Shown here: positions 1-7,581 of the stretch, in pieces
Numbering within the stretch: position 1 is the first letter of the stretch
Layout of the letters: the number at the start of each line of letters is the position of its first letter
NCBI GenBank assembly: GCA_017512495.1
Contig: JAFWGF010000009.1
Location: forward strand, 1 to 58,718
From: Bacilli bacterium
GTDB lineage: Bacteria; Bacillota_I; Bacilli_A; RF39; UBA660
Direction: 5' to 3'
Length of the DNA: 58,718 bases
Position numbers and translations under genes: made by a program
The notes under the pieces: generated by a model
What the model saw: the letters and a program-made list of their open reading frames with translations, nothing else
What the model was told of the DNA's origin: nothing
The model's database searches: none

Positions 1-1
1 A

Positions 2-58
2 AAAGAAGGTGGAACTTCTATAGATAGAAATAAACAAATTGGAGGTCATAAGGCATGA
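2..58 (+). CDS. C-terminal fragment of a Y-family (UmuC/ImpB-like) DNA polymerase, truncated by the window edge
   Basis: Frame 2 reads KEGGTSIDRNKQIGGHKA*. RNxQIGGHKA is the typical C-terminus of Firmicutes UmuC-like proteins. Its TGA overlaps the ATG of the YolD-like gene. Confidence 0.75.
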   Translation, partial: KEGGTSIDRNKQIGGHKA

Positions 59-477
59 ATAAGTATGATGATATTATTAATGTTAATTATCCTTTTCTTT
101 TGAAACATCCTAGAATGTCTATTACTTCAAGAGCTGGTCAATTTGCTCCTTTTGCTGCTCTTACTGGTTATTCAGACGTTATTAGGGAAGAGGGGAGACT
201 AACTTCTAGCAAGTTAGATATGATGGAGGATGAATTTGTTTATTTAGATAGAAAATTACAAATATTAAGGGATAATATTGATAAAAAGTATACTATTACT
301 TTTAATTATTTTGTTAAGGATAATTTAAAAGAAGGTGGGAAATATATTAGTATTAAAGGTGTAGTTAAGAAAATTGATGATTATAAGGGATTAATTAAAT
401 TATTTAGTGGAGAAGAAATAATTATAGATAATATAATTGATATTATGAATGATGAATTATTTAGTGATTATGTATAA
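55..477 (+). CDS. YolD-like protein (partner of UmuC-like polymerase)
   Basis: KYDDII...HPRMS...RAGQFAPFAALTGY motif; coupled to the upstream umuC-like gene. Confidence 0.85.
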   Translation: MNKYDDIINVNYPFLLKHPRMSITSRAGQFAPFAALTGYSDVIREEGRLTSSKLDMMEDEFVYLDRKLQILRDNIDKKYTITFNYFVKDNLKEGGKYISIKGVVKKIDDYKGLIKLFSGEEIIIDNIIDIMNDELFSDYV

Positions 478-505
478 CAAAAAAAGGAATCAACTGATTC
501 CTTTT
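478..505. terminator. Bidirectional intrinsic terminator
   Basis: AAAAGGAATCA-AC-TGATTCCTTTT hairpin between the convergent yolD-like gene and tRNA cluster. Confidence 0.8.
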
Positions 506-516
506 ATTATTTTAGA

Positions 517-592
517 TGGTGTCCCGTATGAGATTCGAACTCATGACCCTTTGATTAAAAGTCAAATGCTCTACCTACTGAGCTAACAGATC
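517..592 (-). tRNA. tRNA-Lys(UUU) with imperfect acceptor stem
   Basis: Reverse complement GATCTGTTAGCTCAGTAGGTAGAGCATTTGACTTTTAATCAAAGGGTCATGAGTTCGAATCTCATACGGGACACCA; anticodon TTT; encoded CCA. Confidence 0.9.
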
Positions 593-610
593 AAATTTGA
601 TTAATATAAA

Positions 611-685
611 TGGCTGCCTCGGTTAGATTCGAACTAACGCATGTCAGAGTCAAAGTCTGATGCCTTACCGCTTGGCTACGAGGCA
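611..685 (-). tRNA. tRNA-Gln(UUG)
   Basis: TGCCTCGTAGCCAAGCGGTAAGGCATCAGACTTTGACTCTGA...GTTCGAATC...CGAGGCAGCCA. Confidence 0.95.
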
Positions 686-692
686 ATAAAAA

Positions 693-777
693 TGGTGGAG
701 AGAGATGGATTCGAACCATCGAACTCAATGAGAACAGATTTACAGTCTGTCGCGTTTAGCCTCTTCGCTACCTCTCC
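693..777 (-). tRNA. tRNA-Tyr(GUA)
   Basis: GGAGAGGTAGCGAAG...ACAGACTGTAAATCTGT, long variable arm, ...CTCTCCACCA. Confidence 0.95.
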
Positions 778-786
778 ACAAAATAA

Positions 787-862
<76 letters not shown>

Positions 863-867
863 ATATC

Positions 868-944
868 TGGTGGGCGATATAGGACTCGAACCTATGACCC
901 CCTGCTTGTAAGGCAGGTGCTCTAACCAACTGAGCTAATCGCCC
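868..944 (-). tRNA. tRNA-Val(UAC)
   Basis: GGGCGATTAGCTCAGTTGGTTAGAGCACCTGCCTTACAAGCAGG...ATCGCCCACCA. Confidence 0.95.
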
Positions 945-967
945 GAACTATTCGGTTGACAGTATTA

Positions 968-996
968 AATATACCAATTAATAGCCAATTTGTCAA
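968..996 (-). promoter_or_regulatory. Sigma-A promoter of the tRNA cluster
   Basis: TTGACA (991-996), 17-bp spacer, extended -10 TG-n-TATATT (968-973). Confidence 0.8.
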
Positions 997-1029
997 CCAA
1001 AAATGCGTTTTTTTTTGCCTTAAAGTCAA

Positions 1030-1371
1030 CTATTTGCCATAATTATCTATCCATTTATCTAAGTTTTCTTTTAAATCGCTAAAACCATTACTTGTCTCTT
1101 TAATTTTTCCTGAAAAACGTTTTTGAGAACGATAATCTATATCCTTAATACTTAATTTCAATTTTTCATAATTATGATCTATAGCAATTACCTTAGCCTT
1201 TATTGTTTCACCAATCTTAGCATAATCATTGATATTTCTCACAAAAGAATTAGATACTTCAGATATATGAATAAGACCATTAATATTATCATTAAGTGAT
1301 AAAAAAATACCATATTTTTCAATACCAGTTACTTTTCCAAAAACAATATCGCCTATTTTTATTTTATCCAT
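1030..1371 (-). CDS. S1 RNA-binding domain protein (YugI/GSP13-like)
   Basis: GKVTGIEKYGIF...GLIHISEVS...LKLSIK S1 motif. Confidence 0.9.
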   Translation of the reverse strand: MDKIKIGDIVFGKVTGIEKYGIFLSLNDNINGLIHISEVSNSFVRNINDYAKIGETIKAKVIAIDHNYEKLKLSIKDIDYRSQKRFSGKIKETSNGFSDLKENLDKWIDNYGK

Positions 1372-1461
1372 AACAAACTCCTCAGTTAGTACATTATATC
1401 ACAAAAAACTCATTTTGTTTACTAAAATATAATATAGTGGTATAATTTTGTCGGTGATTAA

Positions 1462-1701
1462 ATGAAAAAAAGAACTGAAACAGAATTAAAAATAATTGCA
1501 CTCATTGATAAAATAAGGCCTTTTTTAATAAGCGATGGTGGTAATTTAGAATATGTCAAATACGAAAATAATATTGTATATGTTCGACTAACAGGAGCTT
1601 GCAAAGACTGCGCTATGATTGATATTACATTAAAAGATGGCATAGAAGAATTGATTGTCAATGAGATACCAGAAGTAAAAGAAGTCATAAATTTAGATTA
1701 A
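1462..1701 (+). CDS. NifU-family (Nfu) Fe-S scaffold protein
   Basis: IRPFLISDGGN...LTGACKDC...TLKDGIE. Confidence 0.93.
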   Translation: MKKRTETELKIIALIDKIRPFLISDGGNLEYVKYENNIVYVRLTGACKDCAMIDITLKDGIEELIVNEIPEVKEVINLD

Positions 1702-1730
1702 AAAAGAAGGATTAATGTTTCCTTCTTTTT
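1701..1730. terminator. Hairpin between convergent nifU-like and acidic-protein genes
   Basis: AAAAAGAAGG-N10-CCTTCTTTTT. Confidence 0.55.
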
Positions 1731-3259
1731 TCTTCTTCACTATCTTCTTTTTCGATTCCCATCATTAAGTTAATTTCTTTTATTAAATCTTCATTAGAAG
1801 CAATGTTAGATTTATATTCTTCTATTTCTTGTCTGTTTTTATTTTTAGCATTAGCTGCTTTCTCTTTACGTTTGTTAACTGTTTCGAATTCATTATCATA
1901 ATTACTAATATACTTATCAAAAGCAGCTCTTACTTTTTGAACTTCTTTTTGACTTTCATCATATTTCTTACGAATCGTTTCCAATTCCTCACTATCTAAT
2001 TTTAATTCCGATTCAGCTCTTTCTGCTTCTTTAGTTGCTTCTTCAACTCTTTGTTTTTTCTTCATTAAAGCTTCCTTCATCTCCTCTAAAGTTTTTGGAG
2101 ATTTTGCATTTTCTACATCCTTAGCAGTAATATCAGAATAATCAAAAGCTAAATCTTCTTTTTCTGGCGCTTCTATCAAATCATCTTCAACAACTTGAGA
2201 GACATCTTCACGCTCAGTAGCAACGATAGGTAATTCTCTTATTTGATCATCAACATCATCCAAAGATGATTCGTTTTGATCACTTACTAGTTCATCAACA
2301 TCATCAAAAGCATGAACAACATATTTTTCTTCCTCATTTTCTTTAGAATCCGTATTATCCAAATGATTTTCATCAGATTCTTCGACATCTGACATTTCAG
2401 TTAATCCATCAATAAAATCTACACCTTTTTCTTCATCAACATTAGAAAGATCTATTTGATCAAGTAAGTTGTTTATTTCAGCGCTAATGTCATCCTCTGT
2501 TAATTCTTTATCAGGAATATCATCAACTAATGACGAAGAACTTTCTTGTTCTTCATTTATTTGCTCAGATGTATTTTCAGCAACAGCTTCCATATCACCT
2601 GTTACTGGTACAAACCCTGCAGTACTATTAACTGATTCTTCTGGCATATTATCAGAAACGTTTTCTGAAGTTTCACTAACAAGCTCATTGTCTTGAATTT
2701 GTGGCTCAAAAGTATCCATCGTAATGTCTTTGTCAAAAGTTTTTTCTTCTTCTGGACTTTTTTTAATCATTGTAGAAAATCTCTTACCATTAACATATGT
2801 AGTTGAATAATTAGCAGGTTTAATTTTTAATGGCTTATTTCTTTTAAAAGATATAGGTTTTAAAGTTTCTACATAAGCATCTACATCTAAAGCATTTAAA
2901 GCTTTGTCTCTGTCTTCTAATCTTTTAGCAAATTCTGACTTTTCTTTTATTACTTTTGCAAATTCTTCATCCATTTTCTGTAATGGTGTTTCTGCAACTT
3001 CATTAACAATTTCATCTTTTACTTCATCAATTTTTTCTTCTACATTATCTATCATAGTTTCTGTTTCTTGAGCCATTTTTTGTCCAAAATGAGCCTTAAC
3101 GCCTTCTCTAGATAATTGTTTGTATTTTCTTACTGCATTTTCAACGTTTCGTCTAGAATCTTCTTTAAATTTTATTGAATTTCTCACTACGCTCCCAGTT
3201 CCATCAACAGGGTTAGCAGAATCCCCCAAAGAAGGATCAATTATATTTATTGTATCCAT
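1712..3259 (-). CDS. Hypothetical acidic, low-complexity protein with C-terminal coiled coil
   Basis: 515-aa ORF with GGAGG SD; D/E-rich middle and heptad-like C-terminus. Confidence 0.8.
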   Translation of the reverse strand: MDTINIIDPSLGDSANPVDGTGSVVRNSIKFKEDSRRNVENAVRKYKQLSREGVKAHFGQKMAQETETMIDNVEEKIDEVKDEIVNEVAETPLQKMDEEFAKVIKEKSEFAKRLEDRDKALNALDVDAYVETLKPISFKRNKPLKIKPANYSTTYVNGKRFSTMIKKSPEEEKTFDKDITMDTFEPQIQDNELVSETSENVSDNMPEESVNSTAGFVPVTGDMEAVAENTSEQINEEQESSSSLVDDIPDKELTEDDISAEINNLLDQIDLSNVDEEKGVDFIDGLTEMSDVEESDENHLDNTDSKENEEEKYVVHAFDDVDELVSDQNESSLDDVDDQIRELPIVATEREDVSQVVEDDLIEAPEKEDLAFDYSDITAKDVENAKSPKTLEEMKEALMKKKQRVEEATKEAERAESELKLDSEELETIRKKYDESQKEVQKVRAAFDKYISNYDNEFETVNKRKEKAANAKNKNRQEIEEYKSNIASNEDLIKEINLMMGIEKEDSEEEKRRKH

Positions 3260-3282
3260 AGGATGACTACCTCCTTATTTTA

Positions 3283-3558
3283 TTATTCTGATTTTGATAA
3301 TTCACGAAGAACATCTTTTACTCTATTCCATTCCTCATCATCATCTATTCCCATAAGTTTTGGTTCCCCAGATGAGCGATCCACATGTGAAACATACACA
3401 GTAACATTATCGTTTTCATCTTTTTCATTTTTAGTATAAATAACATATTCTTTTTTCGTATCTTTAAATTCAAAAGCCAAGATAACTTCTACTTCTTCAA
3501 CAGAACCATCTTCAGCCACTATTGACATCATTTTCTTTTCCATTTCTTGATTTTCCAT
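3283..3558 (-). CDS. DUF1292 family protein
   Basis: EDGSVEEVEVILAFE...KEYVIYT...IDDDEEWNRV. Confidence 0.85.
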   Translation of the reverse strand: MENQEMEKKMMSIVAEDGSVEEVEVILAFEFKDTKKEYVIYTKNEKDENDNVTVYVSHVDRSSGEPKLMGIDDDEEWNRVKDVLRELSKSE

Positions 3559-3628
3559 AAAATCCTCCCTCTATTATTACATACTATCTTAAAATAATTT
3601 TATCACAAAATTGAATAAATACAAGCTT

Positions 3629-3907
3629 TTATTTGATTTTTTTTAGTAAAAATGTCTTAGCTCCAAAACTACAATAATTATTTTTATAATCTTCTAATTT
3701 TTTTATATCATTAATTGGCTTAGCTTCTTTGTTTTTACTATCATAAAATCCTTTTAGTCTAACCTTTTCATAAGCATAATCACCAAAAATATAGTCAAAT
3801 CGATCAAAATAATCTGTAATCTTTTCTTCTAAAACCTCTTTATCTATACAATTATCATCATTATGAACAATTTCATATTCGACATCATTAATTACTATTT
3901 TCTTCAT
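3629..3907 (-). CDS. YutD/DUF1027 family protein
   Basis: FDYIFGDYAYEKVRLKGFY...YCSFGA. Confidence 0.88.
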   Translation of the reverse strand: MKKIVINDVEYEIVHNDDNCIDKEVLEEKITDYFDRFDYIFGDYAYEKVRLKGFYDSKNKEAKPINDIKKLEDYKNNYCSFGAKTFLLKKIK

Positions 3908-3953
3908 ATTATCACCTTAAATTTATTATAACACACTATAAAAAAATATAAAA

Positions 3954-4547
3954 TTATCTGTCAATTCTTTTGTCAAGTAAGTAAGGAACGTCTCCTTTTA
4001 TAATATTAACAGTCAGCGGCTTCTCTATAACAATTTTTTTTCTTTTAGAACTGATGGGCATAGTAATTTGTTCATGAAGTGTTACACGTAAATACACTTT
4101 AATCATTATATTATTAATACCATATTCAACTGTCTTAAAATCTATATCCACATTATTTTGACTTAAAAAAAACAGTTTTATTGGTATTACTGGTCCCACG
4201 TTTGCAAATAAAAGTGAATTTCTAATTGATCCCAAGGATATCTCACAAACAATTCCTTTTTTGACATGTTTAAACTTTTTCTTAGTATTACTTCTATAAT
4301 ATTTTGACACATTACTTCTATCTATTTCATTTAATACATTTTGTATATCCTTTGATAGAATATTAGTCAATTTGTTTATCTCATGGATATTATAACTAAT
4401 ATCCCCATTATTATATTTAACTTCTAGCAAGTTATAATTATACTTAGCTAGATTTTCATGTACTACTGCATTTATGATATTATTAGAAATTCGCTCAGAT
4501 TCAGTATCTATATAATTATCTAACAGCTTGATAGTTTTTTTATCCAT
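3954..4547 (-). CDS. yunB: Sporulation protein YunB (true start probably upstream, near 4637)
   Basis: ISLG...LFANVGPVIPIK...EYGINN...IIKGDVP. Confidence 0.85.
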   Translation of the reverse strand: MDKKTIKLLDNYIDTESERISNNIINAVVHENLAKYNYNLLEVKYNNGDISYNIHEINKLTNILSKDIQNVLNEIDRSNVSKYYRSNTKKKFKHVKKGIVCEISLGSIRNSLLFANVGPVIPIKLFFLSQNNVDIDFKTVEYGINNIMIKVYLRVTLHEQITMPISSKRKKIVIEKPLTVNIIKGDVPYLLDKRIDR

Positions 4548-4618
4548 CCAAAAAATAATTAAAATTGTTATAAAAAGTATACTTATTAATATTAAAAATA
4601 GTTTCAGAAAATAGGGAT

Positions 4619-4843
4619 TTAATCTTTCTTTACTAATATTACATCTTCCCCTATCTTAGATATTTCATTCCAATTAATTTTAGCGATATTATCTTTATTT
4701 AATGAAAAAAGATTTTTATTTTGTTCAATAATCAAAAAATCTATCATTCCTTCTTCTGTAATACAAACATCTATAATATTTCCAATATTTCTACCAGTGG
4801 ATACACTAATTACTTTTTTAGATTGCAAATCTGATAAATTCAT
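4619..4843 (-). CDS. ylmC: YlmC/YmxH PRC-barrel sporulation protein
   Basis: LSDLQSKKVISVSTG...INWNEISKIGEDVILV; directly downstream of sigG. Confidence 0.9.
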   Translation of the reverse strand: MNLSDLQSKKVISVSTGRNIGNIIDVCITEEGMIDFLIIEQNKNLFSLNKDNIAKINWNEISKIGEDVILVKKD

Positions 4844-4858
4844 TAAATCACCTATTTA

Positions 4859-4887
4859 AACTTATGATAAAAATTTATTTTAATGAC
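4859..4887 (-). promoter_or_regulatory. Putative sigma-E-type promoter for ylmC-yunB
   Basis: GTCATT-N15-CATAAGTT just upstream of the AGGTG SD. Confidence 0.55.
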
Positions 4888-5648
4888 TTTTTGAGTTGCT
4901 TTATTGCTTTTTTTTCTAATCTAGAAACTTGAGCTTGACTAATGTGTAATTCTTCAGCTATTTCCATTTGGGACTTTCCAAAAATAAAGCGATCATCCAA
5001 AATTTGTTGCTCCCTTTTATTCAAATTAGCTATGGCCTCTTCCATCTCTAAATTATTCAAAAATTCTCTAGTTACCTTCTTATCTTCTATTTGATCATAG
5101 AGATAAATAGTATCTCCACTATCACTGTAAATAGGTTCATACATACTGATAGGATCTTTTAATGATATCAAAGCATTGTTAATATCATATTCACTAACGT
5201 TCAATCTAGAAGCTATATAATTTATATCTGGCTCATACCCATTTTGAGCATAAAATTCTTCTTTTATTTTTAATGCTTTGTAGGCTATATCCTTTAAAGA
5301 ACGACTAACTCTGATACTATTGTTATCACGAATATATCTTTTTACTTCTCCTATAATCATCGGAACTGCATAAGTAGAAAACTTAACTCCATAACTCAAA
5401 TCAAAATTATCAATTGCCTTTATTAAGCCGATACATCCTACTTGAAACAAGTCATCCAAATTATTCTTTTTATGATAAAACCTTTTTAAAATAGACAAAA
5501 CTAGTTTCAAATTTCCATTGATGAGTACTTCACGAGCTAGCATATCACCATTTTGATATTTTATTAAATAATTCTCCATTTCTTCTACAGTTAAACTACT
5601 TAGTTTGTTAGTATCAACACCAGTTATTTCAACTTTGTTTTTTTCCAT
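4875..5648 (-). CDS. sigG: Forespore RNA polymerase sigma-G factor
   Basis: N-terminal NKVEITGVDTNKL signature; DDLFQVGCIGLIKAIDNFD; STYAVPMIIGE; ISQAQVSRLEK. Confidence 0.93.
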   Translation of the reverse strand: MEKNKVEITGVDTNKLSSLTVEEMENYLIKYQNGDMLAREVLINGNLKLVLSILKRFYHKKNNLDDLFQVGCIGLIKAIDNFDLSYGVKFSTYAVPMIIGEVKRYIRDNNSIRVSRSLKDIAYKALKIKEEFYAQNGYEPDINYIASRLNVSEYDINNALISLKDPISMYEPIYSDSGDTIYLYDQIEDKKVTREFLNNLEMEEAIANLNKREQQILDDRFIFGKSQMEIAEELHISQAQVSRLEKKAIKQLKKSLK

Positions 5649-5663
5649 AAAATCCCTCCGATA

Positions 5664-5694
5664 AGATTATGAAAAAAAAACAGAAAAAACATAC
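5664..5694 (-). promoter_or_regulatory. Putative sporulation-sigma (G/E-type) promoter for sigG
   Basis: GTATG-N18-CATAATCT upstream of the GGAGG SD. Confidence 0.5.
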
Positions 5695-5706
5695 AAAAAA
5701 GAGTGA

Positions 5707-7569
5707 CTATGAATCACTCTTAACAAAATACTTATTTATGACAGCATTTAATTCTAAGATATTTATCGGTTTTGCTATATATTCGTCAAACCCTTCTTGT
5801 AAATACATATTTTTTGCACCTATCATTGCATTTGCGGTTAAAACTATAATCGGAGGTATTTTATAAGATTCACCTAGTCTTTTTAATATATGTAACAACT
5901 CTATACCATCAACTTCTGGCATCTTATGATCCAAAATAATTAAATCATATGCTGTACCTTCTTTTATTTTATATACACATTCTTTTCCACTCATAACATT
6001 ATCAATTGTAAATCTATATTCTGATAATAATCTTTCAATAACTTTTATATTTAATAAATTATCATCAACTATTAGCACTTTTTTTCCAGTACAATTCAAA
6101 TAATTCATCTGCTTTTTTTCACTATCTTCTTGCGCAATTTCTCCTATTGGTGTTTCATCTGTTATTTTTTGAATAATTTCTATATAAAATACTGTACCTA
6201 CTCCATACTCACTCTCAAACCTAATTTTTCCATCAAATAAATCAACATATTTTTTTGTAAGTACTAGTCCTAAGTTATTTCCTTCTAAGTCATTTTTTAC
6301 CGCAATGTCTGATTTAGATAATCTTTCTAATAATTTATCACAATCCTCTTTCTTAATTCCAGTCCCTGTATCTGCTATTCTAAATTTTAAGGTTACATTA
6401 TTGTTTTTTATGTCCTCTGTAACAAATAGTTTGATTTTTCCAATTTCAGTATATTTTATTGAATTAGCTAAGATATTCAACAATATTTGAAAAAGTTTTT
6501 TCGAATCTCCATAAATTTTACTTGGCATTTGACTATCTATTTCATAAGTAAATTTAACTTTACTATTTTCCAATCTTCTTTCAACTATATTTGATAATTC
6601 AGAAATAAGATTTACAATTGAATAATCTGCTTCTTCTAAAGTGGTATTTTCAGACTCAAGTTGTGACATATTTGTTATATTATTAATAATATCCAACAGA
6701 TTATTACTTGAACTTGCAATTTGCTCGAGATTTTTTTGTATACTTTCATAATTGTACTCCGAACTATTTGATATTTCCTTACTGCAATTAGCTATAGAAT
6801 TTACAGGTGTTTTAATTTTTTGACTCATATTGGATAAGAAGCCTGTTTTAGCTAAACTAGACTTTTCTATTTCTTGTTTAAGTACCTCTAACGAAGAAGC
6901 CATTTGCAAGTCTGGATTTTCAAAATAAAAGTATAAGAAATACATTTGTAATGAATCGGCTAATCCCCAAAGAGCTGTTTTAGGAAAAATCATTTGAAGA
7001 ACTAATATAATAACCATTTCAATAAACATAATATAAACTGCTCTTTTACTGCGATCAGAAATTACTTTACGTCTTTTTAACATTAGAACAACTATGAAAG
7101 GCATAATAATTGAGCAATAAACTAATACAAAGTATGCTGCAATTCCTGGAACATAGTTAAGTGTCTCTACAGTCATTTTTTGAAATGGTAATACTGCGAA
7201 AATAATTAAACTTATTATGGTAGCAATTGTTACATATTTACTTCTTGTATCAGTTTTTATCAACTGCCAAACTGAATCTGCTTGAACTCCTGTTAAGAAA
7301 CAGACACTATATAAATACAATCCCCAAAACCATAGTATTCCTGTAGCCCAATGAATATGTAGTAAAATATCGAACAAAATATCTTGCCCAAAGGACATAA
7401 AATATCCTGTGCAAATAAACTCTGTTATTATTAATATTATAATTATCATTATCATAAGCTGATATAATTTACTACTAATAGATAATAATCTCTCCTGTAA
7501 ATAGTAAGAAATTAATAATAATGTAATAAAACCAAAACTGCCTATTGTTAATACTAATCCTGTATCCAC
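5707..7569 (-). CDS. Membrane hybrid histidine kinase/receiver lacking the phosphoacceptor His
   Basis: About 7 TM helices; H-box FLSNMSQKIKTP (H>Q); N-box NILANSIKYT; G1 DTGTG; receiver VDD...LDHKMP...KP. Confidence 0.9.
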   Translation of the reverse strand: MDTGLVLTIGSFGFITLLLISYYLQERLLSISSKLYQLMIMIIIILIITEFICTGYFMSFGQDILFDILLHIHWATGILWFWGLYLYSVCFLTGVQADSVWQLIKTDTRSKYVTIATIISLIIFAVLPFQKMTVETLNYVPGIAAYFVLVYCSIIMPFIVVLMLKRRKVISDRSKRAVYIMFIEMVIILVLQMIFPKTALWGLADSLQMYFLYFYFENPDLQMASSLEVLKQEIEKSSLAKTGFLSNMSQKIKTPVNSIANCSKEISNSSEYNYESIQKNLEQIASSSNNLLDIINNITNMSQLESENTTLEEADYSIVNLISELSNIVERRLENSKVKFTYEIDSQMPSKIYGDSKKLFQILLNILANSIKYTEIGKIKLFVTEDIKNNNVTLKFRIADTGTGIKKEDCDKLLERLSKSDIAVKNDLEGNNLGLVLTKKYVDLFDGKIRFESEYGVGTVFYIEIIQKITDETPIGEIAQEDSEKKQMNYLNCTGKKVLIVDDNLLNIKVIERLLSEYRFTIDNVMSGKECVYKIKEGTAYDLIILDHKMPEVDGIELLHILKRLGESYKIPPIIVLTANAMIGAKNMYLQEGFDEYIAKPINILELNAVINKYFVKSDS

Positions 7570-7581
7570 TACTCACACCCC

